A DNA stretch of 19,684 nt. It comes from Candidatus Dadabacteria bacterium. GTDB lineage: Bacteria; Desulfobacterota_D; UBA1144; Nemesobacterales; CSP1-2. Both the position numbers and the translations under genes were made by a program. Within the stretch, counting starts at the first letter, position 1, and each line of letters opens with the position of its first letter. The stretch covers positions 1 to 19,684 of the forward strand of contig PSLL01000037.1 in the NCBI GenBank assembly GCA_040289575.1, given 5' to 3'. Below, piece after piece: positions 8,281 to 16,419 of the stretch. The notes under the pieces are model-generated. The model made no database searches and had not been told where the DNA came from. It saw nothing but the letters and a program-made list of their open reading frames with translations.

Positions 8281-8814
8281 TCAGCTCCAACAAAACTCCC
8301 TGTAGCCGCAGTTTGTACAGTAGCCGATCTTTACCGCTTTTGGTGGAAGCTCTTGCAGTGCTATCTTTTTGATCTCTTCTATGACGCTTTCAATCTCTTT
8401 TGCCGTTTCATCTGTGAGCAAGACCTTTTCCTTTTTCTTCTCCTTTGGGAAAAGGAGTTCCCCCTCCGCTTCTATCCCGTAACTCCGCAGAACGTAAAGG
8501 TAGTAGCAGAGTTGCATTCGTACCGCCTCTTTCGCTCTTGAACTCTTTTTAATCTCTCCGATTACGATTTTCTCGTCGTCGAGTCTGGTAAGGTCAATTA
8601 TGACATTTTCAAGGTGAATCTGCTTTCTATCCCTTTTATAGGTGCTTTCGTTTATAAACCTTCCAAGCTCGATGAATGGATTATCCTGGTCTGCAACAAT
8701 ATTTCTCGACATAAGCCACATCTCTCGCTTGCAGATATAGTAACAATCAATAAGAGTGCCGTTTACTCTAAATCCTTCGTTCGACTGAGGCTCACGAACG
8801 CCTGGCTCTACCAA
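8281..8814 (-). CDS. cas4: CRISPR-associated exonuclease Cas4
   Basis: YYICKRE, ID..EIKKS, QL.YY, C-terminal CTNCGYREFC Fe-S cysteines. Confidence 0.96.
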   Translation of the reverse strand: MVEPGVREPQSNEGFRVNGTLIDCYYICKREMWLMSRNIVADQDNPFIELGRFINESTYKRDRKQIHLENVIIDLTRLDDEKIVIGEIKKSSRAKEAVRMQLCYYLYVLRSYGIEAEGELLFPKEKKKEKVLLTDETAKEIESVIEEIKKIALQELPPKAVKIGYCTNCGYREFCWS

Positions 8815-11236
8815 ATTACTACACCTCCTTTTAATTTATAGCCTGTTTCTAAGTCGTAGTATTCATTAAGCTGAGAGTGTGAGACAAAAGGAATTCCTTC
8901 GTCTAAGGCAGGCAGATTCAAATTGGGTCGTCGTGGCACGGAGATCACATATTCATAGAACTTCGCTTTTATCTTGCCAAACTCATTTTTTCTCTCAAAG
9001 AAATTTCTCTTTTCTCTGATCTCCAAGAGCTTGTTCCAAAGAGCTATAGCCTCGTTATCGAGCTGGACAAAAATATCTACTTTTTCGTAGTCCTCTTCTA
9101 TCAGCCTAAATGACCAAATGCCTTTATCTCCATCATAGTTTAGCTTGTAGAAGGCTTCAAGGATTTCTCTTGATTTCTGGTCTGATTTTGCATCCGCAAT
9201 GAGTTTATAGTACTCATCAACCAAATCTAGGAACTCGCTTTCGCTGATTTCCTTTTTGCCGGAAAGTATCTTCTTTGTCCTTTCTAAAAGTATCGAATCC
9301 TTGTTGTATATATATGATGAATAATCCCTACCGGTTTTTTCATCTTTAAGTCTTACAACCCTTATTTCACCACCAAGGGAGAGTCCGTTTCTATTGCATC
9401 TTCCCGCGGATTGATTAATCGAGTCAAGCGGAGCAAAATCGCGATAGACAACTTCAAAATCAATATCTATGCCTGCTTCAACAAGCTGTGTTGTAACAGC
9501 AATCCTCTTTTTTCCATTTCTAATTTTAGCAATCCGCCTGAGCCTTTCTTTCGGAATTACGTGGGTTGAAAGATATGTCATTTCCTCTTGATTCAGCCCG
9601 CTGCTTTTAAGAAGGTCATAAAACTCCTTTGCCGAACTTATTGTGTTAAAGATAAAAAGAAATCTCTTGTCGCTTTCTAGGACCTCGGGGATTGCCCAAT
9701 CCACAAATTCCCCTACAGTTTTCGTATCCGATATAAATGGCTTTAGGGTTACTCTATTTAGCTTTCTAAAGTATTTGTCCCTATTGACCAGAGACCTTAC
9801 TTCTTCTCTTTTAAAGATCAAAGGCTCTGTAGCGGTAACGAAGATGAAATAAGTATTAAATTTCTCGGCAAGAACTTGGATAACCTCGTGCATAAGAAGC
9901 CAGTATTTATGTGGAATCGCCTGAACCTCATCGAGTATCACTATGCTTCCTGCAATTCGATGAAACTTTCTTATGCTCCGGTTCTTGTTAGAAATTAAAG
10001 TATGAAAAAGCTGTATGAAAGTTGTAACGACAATCTCGGAGTTCCAGCCCTCAATCAGGATATTTGAAGCATCAAATTCAAAATCCTCTTCACCTTCTTT
10101 CCATCTATAATTCACATCTGTCAGGTGATGGTGCTTTAAAAGAATTGGGCTTATAGGCTCTATACCGTTTTCCCTTAGAACATCCTCAAAAACTGAAAAA
10201 TTCTGGTCAATTATGCTGAGAAAGGGAAGGGAGTAGATAATGCGTGGGGTATATCCTTTTTCTTCACCGACTCTTTGTCTAAGCTTGAGCGCAAAGGCAA
10301 GGGAAGTAAGAGTCTTTCCAAGTCCTGTAGGAAGATTGATCGAGTAGATTTTCTCATTGAGTTCTATCTCCCTACGCAAAACCTCTTGGAACGCTTCCTC
10401 TCTCAACGAATCAATATCTTTTCTTTCCCAGTTCTGTTTCTCTTTATATAAGCTAACAAAGTCGGGTGTTAAATTGTATCGTCTTCTAGCTCCAGCAATT
10501 TCCTCTCTGTCTTCCTTGGATACGGCAACCTCGTTTTTATCCGCATTGAGAAGAAGAGAATAAATAAGATGAACTATGAAGTAATGAAAAAGGGTATTAC
10601 ATTGACGAAGCAAATCTTCCCCTTCTTCCTGTACATCTAGAAAACTGCTTTTAAATTTTCAAACTTTCCTTGAAGCCACTTGAAATCAAACGGGCTTCCG
10701 ATGCTTTGAAGAAGAATGTCGAACTTTTCCCGGTCAATGCTCTTTAGCTGTTCATTCAAAAGTAGTTCGTCTTTTTCATCGAGAATAATATGGGAATTAA
10801 AATCAGCAAGGTCTCCGTGGTGTTTTCTACAAACCAAGAAAGCGGCGACGGGAAGAAATCTATTGAATCCATCGAGTTTTTCTTCTCTCTCTAAAAACTC
10901 CTTTGTAAGAAAATAGGCAACCACTGCTCCAAAAAGAGCATGGGTGCTTTTTCTGTTTTTTAGACTGTCCATTTCTTCTTTTGGAGCGGTGATATAGCGT
11001 TGAAAATAAGCGTTTGCCTTTCCGATATCGTGAGAGAGGGTAACGATTTCTGTAACCTTCTTGAGTACTTCTCTATCGATCAAAAGGTTTGGGGTATCGT
11101 TTAAAGATAGAGCACCAATCTCGGCTACTGATTTCAGATGGTCCTCTAGGAATTTCCCGGGATGGGAAAAGAGTCCTGATTCCCGATTAATGCCCCCGAC
11201 AATAACATTACTAGAGGAAGATAATCCTTTCCCCAT
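8808..11236 (-). pseudogene. cas3: Cas3 HD nuclease-helicase, split by a frameshift at ~10649-10655
   Basis: First ORF: SHP..LEDHL, SHDIGK, H, HHG (HD domain). Second frame: LLLNADK, LPTGLGKT, ILDEVQ, TAT, TTQLVEAGIDIDF, QSAGRCNR. One added A joins them (..FENLK-SSFLDVQEEGEDLLRQ..). Confidence 0.93.
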
Positions 11237-11936
11237 TCTCTAGCTCCCAGAATCTTTTTGGAACTGCCTTTATTGCTTTTCCTTCCACTTCGTAGATTAC
11301 TTCCCCGTATTCTGTGACGATTCTCTCAGGAGTCATCTCTATTGGAAGCTTTTCTTTAAAGTATCTTTTTCCCTCTTCGAATATGATGCTTTCTTTTTTT
11401 CCCGCGAGCTGAGAAATAGGGATTACAGAATGAATGGCTGTTTCTTTCTCTCCCTTTTCCATGACTCGGATTTCTCCTAGATAAGAAAAATTACAGAGAA
11501 GCTCGCTTAAGCCTAAAGAAGGTGTATAAAAGGATTTATGCTCCCTCAGGTTTTCTCTCAGGGTTTTGTAAATCTCTTCATTGGTGTGGAAGGTGTATAC
11601 TCGAAACTTTGCATCCTTTATAAACTCGGTCCTGATCTGCGTTCTGGGTTCATGTCCGCTCTTTCTGACGGGAACCCAATTGTTTCCCTTAGTGTTAATG
11701 AGGTTTATCCCAAGCCTGGTTTTTTTTACCGGTCTAAGGAGTCTAAGACCGATATAGGCATCTTTCTTTGAAAAGTAACTTAAATACTCATTTTTGCTAA
11801 GTCCTACTATCGCACCCAGAAGACCGCATAGAGAGGTTCTAGGAGGAATTGAAAAGGTTAGAGGAGAGGAAGTCGTGTAGAACTTCCTAAAGTGTCCGTA
11901 ATCTCCCCATATATCAAAGACAAGAACCTTTTCCAT
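11211..11936 (-). CDS. cas5: Cas5 (type I-B, Cas5h-like)
   Basis: VFDIWGDYGHFRKFYTTSSPLTFSIPPRT..GLLGAIVG; YTPSLG. Confidence 0.96.
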   Translation of the reverse strand: MEKVLVFDIWGDYGHFRKFYTTSSPLTFSIPPRTSLCGLLGAIVGLSKNEYLSYFSKKDAYIGLRLLRPVKKTRLGINLINTKGNNWVPVRKSGHEPRTQIRTEFIKDAKFRVYTFHTNEEIYKTLRENLREHKSFYTPSLGLSELLCNFSYLGEIRVMEKGEKETAIHSVIPISQLAGKKESIIFEEGKRYFKEKLPIEMTPERIVTEYGEVIYEVEGKAIKAVPKRFWELENGERIIFL

Positions 11937-11995
11937 TTTGAACCTCGAAGGATAATGTTGATTTTGTAAATCACGTCACGCTCATTTTTGCTTTC

Positions 11996-12075
11996 TCATT
12001 CCCGAATGTCGTTATCGGGAATCCATAAATGCTTTAAACACTGCAGATTCCCACTTAATACATGTGGGAATGACA
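11996..12075. repeat. REP/REPIN-like double-hairpin element next to the GIY-YIG gene
   Basis: TCATTCCCGA-atgtcgtta-TCGGGAATCC...GATTCCCAC-ttaatacat-GTGGGAATGACA: two ATTCCC-Nx-GGGAAT hairpins in inverted arrangement, ending 7 nt from the GIY-YIG stop codon. Confidence 0.8.
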
Positions 12076-12082
12076 AGTCTAA

Positions 12083-12373
12083 TTATTTCGCTAACTCATC
12101 ATATAAGTCCTTCCAAGTAGGGTTAAATTTTTCAATAAGATCGATTTTCCATTGCCGGTTCCATTTCTTCAATCTTTTCTCTCTTTCGATTGCGCTGTGT
12201 ATATCATTTGTTTGTTCATAATAGACCAGTTTATGTATGCTATATTTTTCGGTGAATCCCTTAACTAAATCATTCTTATGCTCGTAAACCCTTCTAAGTA
12301 AGTTATTAGTAAGACCGATATACAGAGTACCGTTCTCCTTACTTGCCATTATGTAAACGTAATACGTCTTCAT
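12083..12373 (-). CDS. Stand-alone GIY-YIG nuclease family protein (96 aa)
   Basis: YYVYIMAS..NGTLYIGLTNNLLRRVYEHK..GFT.KY..KLVYYE..AIEREKRLKKWNRQWK.DLIEKFNP.W.DL. Confidence 0.95.
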   Translation of the reverse strand: MKTYYVYIMASKENGTLYIGLTNNLLRRVYEHKNDLVKGFTEKYSIHKLVYYEQTNDIHSAIEREKRLKKWNRQWKIDLIEKFNPTWKDLYDELAK

Positions 12374-12402
12374 AACTTCAATCCTTAGGCAACATCTCAT
12401 AC

Positions 12403-13398
12403 TCAAAAAGAAATTTCCCGAACTGTAATTCCATCCAGTAAATCTTTAATTGATTTCTCAGCTCCACCATAGAGAATTGAAACCCTTTCATCTACCATGT
12501 ACTCTATTCTCTCAATCTTATCTTTATTTTTGGAAAGCGCTTCAGCAAGCTCTGTTAAATCAAGTGAAACCTCGGAAATGTCTCTTAAAGCCTCATCCTC
12601 TTTCTCTTCCTTCTTCACAAGCTTTACCATCTTATCTAGATCGCCAATATGAAAGTTTCCCTCTTTGTAAACTACCCTGAGAAGGAGTCTTGGCATCTGT
12701 CCCGCTTTTGAGCGTGAAATGAGATTCTTTGTTCCATTCCAAATGCCATCTAATAGAAGAGACATATCGTCTTCCGTAAGCCTAGTCTCTTTAGCCGCAT
12801 TTTCATTGACAACACCCCAAAAAGCAATTAGGGAATAAGACAGAAAATACTCTTCTCTGAATGTTTTTTGTTCCATTCCCTTCCCTGAAGCAAATGCCCC
12901 CGTACCCTTTATGTATTGTAGGTTTACTCGATGGAGAGAAGTTCCCATTTTAAACTGAACTGCTCCGGTGTGGGTCACGGAGCTTTTTTCTTTAGCCGAC
13001 TTTTCTATTGGAAGGGTTACACCGAAGAGGCGCACATCTATACAGTCTCTCAGTATATTATCGTTTATTAAGTTCTTCATCTCTCCAAGTTTAATCTTAC
13101 TTTTTTCGATTTTTTCCCCTGAAGAATCCTTGAGAAAATCCTCCGCCCTCTGCTTTGCATCCTGAATATTTCCTTCGTCATCGCTGATTTCCCTAACAAA
13201 TATCTCCTTTCCTTTGAAATCCTTGAGATAATCCCTTATAGTTCGCTTGAGCCTTACGTCCGTAACGATGTTCTTTCCCGTTTCCTCATCAATCCTCGGC
13301 TTATTCTCATCAACAGGGTCGCCGTTTGGATTGGCATTGGTTACGTCATAAAGAAAGAGTATCTCCGAACGGTTCTTTATGATGTTATTGCTGCTCAT
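12403..13398 (-). CDS. cas7: Cas7 (Csh2, type I-B)
   Basis: NANPNGDP..NKPRID, VTDVRLKRTIRDY, IDVRLFG, NGTKNLISRSKAGQMPRLL. Confidence 0.97.
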   Translation of the reverse strand: MSSNNIIKNRSEILFLYDVTNANPNGDPVDENKPRIDEETGKNIVTDVRLKRTIRDYLKDFKGKEIFVREISDDEGNIQDAKQRAEDFLKDSSGEKIEKSKIKLGEMKNLINDNILRDCIDVRLFGVTLPIEKSAKEKSSVTHTGAVQFKMGTSLHRVNLQYIKGTGAFASGKGMEQKTFREEYFLSYSLIAFWGVVNENAAKETRLTEDDMSLLLDGIWNGTKNLISRSKAGQMPRLLLRVVYKEGNFHIGDLDKMVKLVKKEEKEDEALRDISEVSLDLTELAEALSKNKDKIERIEYMVDERVSILYGGAEKSIKDLLDGITVREISF

Positions 13399-13801
13399 TT
13401 TCCTCTCCTCCTTTGTCTTTATAAACTATATTTGAAATTTCATTTGTTAGATTCATCCCACAGGCAAGGTAGAAATTTATTTCATCGTTTGAGAGCTTCC
13501 AATTATTACCAGCTTCAAGTAAATAATAAGAAGCGGCTTCGGCAATCTCTCTTTTTCCTTTATCAAAAGACTTATATTCTTCCAGCTTGTGTTGAACTTT
13601 TGGAAGCAGGCCTTTTATCTCTTTTTCACTTAGCTTGAGTCCTTGAAGTTGTTTTAGAAATGGTTTTGCTTCTCTTTCCGTATACTGTTTTCTCAGTAAG
13701 AGTTCGGTGAGGGAGCCTAAAAGAAAAATCCCCCTTGCTTCAGGTCTTGAAAAAGACTTTCCGTATTTTTCAAAAAACGAAGAAAACGTTTCTGTAGCCA
13801 T
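13385..13801 (-). CDS. cas11: Putative internally translated small subunit Cas11b (138 aa)
   Basis: In-frame ATG 13801 preceded at 5 nt by GAGGAGG (13813-13807), inside the cas8b C-terminal helical region. Confidence 0.7.
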   Translation of the reverse strand: MATETFSSFFEKYGKSFSRPEARGIFLLGSLTELLLRKQYTEREAKPFLKQLQGLKLSEKEIKGLLPKVQHKLEEYKSFDKGKREIAEAASYYLLEAGNNWKLSNDEINFYLACGMNLTNEISNIVYKDKGGEENEQQ

Positions 13802-15152
13802 AGCAACCTCCTCAAAGTTAATAAGACCTAATCTTTCAAAAAAGAGAATATCCAAAATTGCATCTCTTACATCAAAAAAGAATTTATCCTCAGTAGTTTC
13901 TGAATCCAAAAAATCCTTCCTTATCTTATTCATTATGACCTGTAGTATAAAATGAAGATCGAGTTTTCCGCCTTTAAAGGTTTTATCTATTATTTCAAGG
14001 AAGTATTTATCAAGGTCGTTATTTCTTTTATCTTCGTCTGACTTTTGAAAAAACCGCCTTACTCTTCCGAAATTGAATTGAAATTTCTCGCCAAACACCT
14101 TGTCCACTTCGTCTTTTTTCTTAAAAATAGTTCTAATCCTTGATGGTAGAACATCCTCTATAAGGAGTAGTATTCTCTCGGATGCTTGTTCCGATCTTAA
14201 AAACAAAAAATTAAAGGTCAGATAATCCTTCTCTTGACCTAAGATTCTTAATATTCTGTCTTCTCTTCTTTCAATTTCTCTTTTGTCTCTCTCACCAAGA
14301 GTTTGCTCTTCTCTTGTTATATTCTCGATGAGTCCCAGCACTCTCTCTTACTTCTCCGCTTCCTATCATGAATTTTGGTATTATGTAGTAGGGAAAACCA
14401 TAGAAATTAAATCTGCGTTTATCTATCAAGAATTTCTTGCCTTCTTCAAGGCTCAGTTTACAATCGCTGCAAACAGGATAATTTTTCCAGGCGTCTTCTT
14501 CCTTGAATCCACTGCTTATAAATCCTGGCTTATCAAGAGTATAAAACTTAAAGGTATCAAGCTTTCCAAGTACGGAACTCTTTGTTACTTCACAGAGTGA
14601 ACAAAGCCTGTTTGTACCCGCGACTTTCGTATCTTTTTTGGTTACGGTTTGTAGTAGATAGCTTTGAAACACTTTGTAGTCACCGATGTATTTTTCTTTT
14701 TCTTCTTCTTTTATCTTCACAGTCAACATCATATTTCTCTCATTTTCATAGTCTTTAAGTTTATTTCTTATTTTTTCCTTAGTTGCAATAAAGGCAGACT
14801 TTAAACCGGAAAGGAAAAGTTTCCCCTCTTCGTCTATTTCAAAGCTAGACAGGTTCATACCTTCAAACCAGCCCTTTATTTTTAAATTAAAAGTTTTCTC
14901 AATCTCTGTAACCTTAGAGGTTGGCGTGATATTTGCACCATTGGCAGAGCCCTTTCTGTAGAGGTATCTGTCTACTTTTCCTGAATCGAACTCCTCGAGC
15001 TTTACTTCAAGGAATTCAAAACTATCCCATCTTTTTTCAAAAACTATTGCAACTACATTCTCGGCCTTTGGGTTTTGAATAAGGGTACTCAAGGGGGTTT
15101 TGTTCTCCCTTCTTAAAATCGTATCTCCCACCTCCTTAATTGCCTGTATCAT
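13385..15152 (-). pseudogene. cas8b: Cas8b1 (TM1802-like) large subunit, split by a frameshift at an (AG)4 tract, 14341-14348
   Basis: Lies between cas6 and cas7; YLYRKGSANG, CSLC..FYTLDKPGF..YPVCSDC, YYIIPK; second frame ..IEDVLPSRI..GIFLLG..FYLACGM. Confidence 0.9.
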
Positions 15153-15155
15153 TTT

Positions 15156-15920
15156 TTAATCCTCATCATCCTTTAAATCTCTTCTCCCCAATATCTCAAA
15201 ACACCCAAACCCCTGTGGGTTTTTTCCTCCAAGCCCTGTGTCATAGACTAGTTTCATGAGTTTAGGGTCTCCGCTCAGTTCATAGATACCCATCCATCCC
15301 TTTATTACCGTGCCTTTATAGGAAACTATCTTCTGATTACTCGTGTTCACGTTTAGAGGGGTTAAATGAATCTCTCCGTTTGGTTCCTTTTCATAAAAAG
15401 CCCTGAATTTCTTCCTGGCGTTTTCAGAAACCAGTTGGCTAAACTCCCTTTCAAAAGGGGTGTAGTAATATGTCTTCTTCTTTCCATTTGCCCTTGAGAG
15501 TGTGCTGTAGATTGTAATAGGAGATAGCATCTTGATTCCTAACCTGTCTCGATCTATGGATAGGTCCGAGACCTCTATGGAGCTCAAGGAAACCCTCTGT
15601 GAGAGTATCTCTACGCTTTCCCTTCGTATCAACTCTTCAGCTATTTCTTCTATAAACTCCTTCATCACCGAGCTTACGATGAATCTAAAAGGGGAAGAGA
15701 ATACTATCTTCTCCTTGTCCTTATTTATCTGGTATTCGCCGAGAATGCGGGAGAATGTAAAGAGCCTAAACCTCCTCTTCTCAAGTGGAAACCCGTAGTC
15801 GTGGAGGATTGCGGCAAGCTTTGGAGAGATAGAATTATAAATAAAGCTCTGGATATGATGATTATAATGAATGGGTATTGTAAAGTTACTTCCAGAAGAT
15901 AATTCAAGAAGAAGTCTCAT
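15156..15920 (-). CDS. cas6: CRISPR endoribonuclease Cas6
   Basis: LHDYGF..RFRLFTFS, LSPITIYST, G-rich loop GLGGKNPQGFG. Confidence 0.97.
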   Translation of the reverse strand: MRLLLELSSGSNFTIPIHYNHHIQSFIYNSISPKLAAILHDYGFPLEKRRFRLFTFSRILGEYQINKDKEKIVFSSPFRFIVSSVMKEFIEEIAEELIRRESVEILSQRVSLSSIEVSDLSIDRDRLGIKMLSPITIYSTLSRANGKKKTYYYTPFEREFSQLVSENARKKFRAFYEKEPNGEIHLTPLNVNTSNQKIVSYKGTVIKGWMGIYELSGDPKLMKLVYDTGLGGKNPQGFGCFEILGRRDLKDDED

Positions 15921-16139
15921 CCACCCACCCTCTTCTAAGCAGTTGTGTTATAAAAGAAATCATCAAAATAATATTACAAAACATAGAGGACCACAAGCAA
16001 AGATTCCGCACAATAGACCTTGCTTTTTTGAGGCCGCCGAGTCGGAAGAACCAAAGATTCCTGATGTTCAGTAAGGAATTATATTAGAGCAATGGAATAT
16101 TATGGAGTTGAACGCTTATTTGTAAGTTCTCGAAATCAT

Positions 16140-16215
16140 TGGTGGCCCCTACGGGACTCGAACCCGTGTTTCTGCCTTGAGAGGGCAATGTCCTAGACCG
16201 CTAGACGAAGGGGCC
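16140..16215 (-). tRNA. tRNA-Glu (anticodon CTC)
   Basis: Minus strand GGCCCCTTCGTCTAGCGGTCTAGGACATTGCCCTCTCAAGGCAGAAACACGGGTTCGAGTCCCGTAGGGGCCACCA; 7-bp acceptor stem, TTCGA T-loop, encoded CCA. Confidence 0.97.
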
Positions 16216-16250
16216 CTTGTAGTTTGGATATATGTCTATCCCTTCTTGGT

Positions 16251-16278
16251 AATTTAGCACATAGATGGATGAAATCAA
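16251..16278 (-). promoter_or_regulatory. Putative sigma70 promoter of the tRNA
   Basis: Minus strand TTGATT-16 nt-TAAATT with TGn extension, 35 nt upstream of the tRNA. Confidence 0.35.
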
Positions 16279-16378
16279 TATAAAACCGAATCTAAGCTTG
16301 CGCCTGTTGGAATTTACGGCACAGGGAACTTTTCAGTACGGCGATGACGACTGAGGTCTCATAAAGCTCTTCCGCTTC

Positions 16379-16407
16379 TTGCATCCCATATCCTACTTTG
16401 ATATTAT
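16379..16407 (+). promoter_or_regulatory. Putative sigma70 promoter of the HerA-like gene
   Basis: TTGCAT-17 nt-TATTAT with TGn extension, 12 nt before ATG 16420. Confidence 0.45.
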
Positions 16408-16419
16408 TTGTTGATAAAT

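Noticed and set aside
11839..11855. CTAGGAGGAATTGAAAA resembles the CRISPR repeat 3' end (15/17)
   Set aside because: It is antisense to the conserved cas5 FSIPPR codons with no partner repeat at spacer distance; likely chance
15921..16139. creTA/CreR-like degenerate mini-array upstream of cas6
   Set aside because: Only about 6 contiguous nt (AGGAAT) match the repeat; the 10-nt direct repeats are 54 nt apart and do not resemble the repeat
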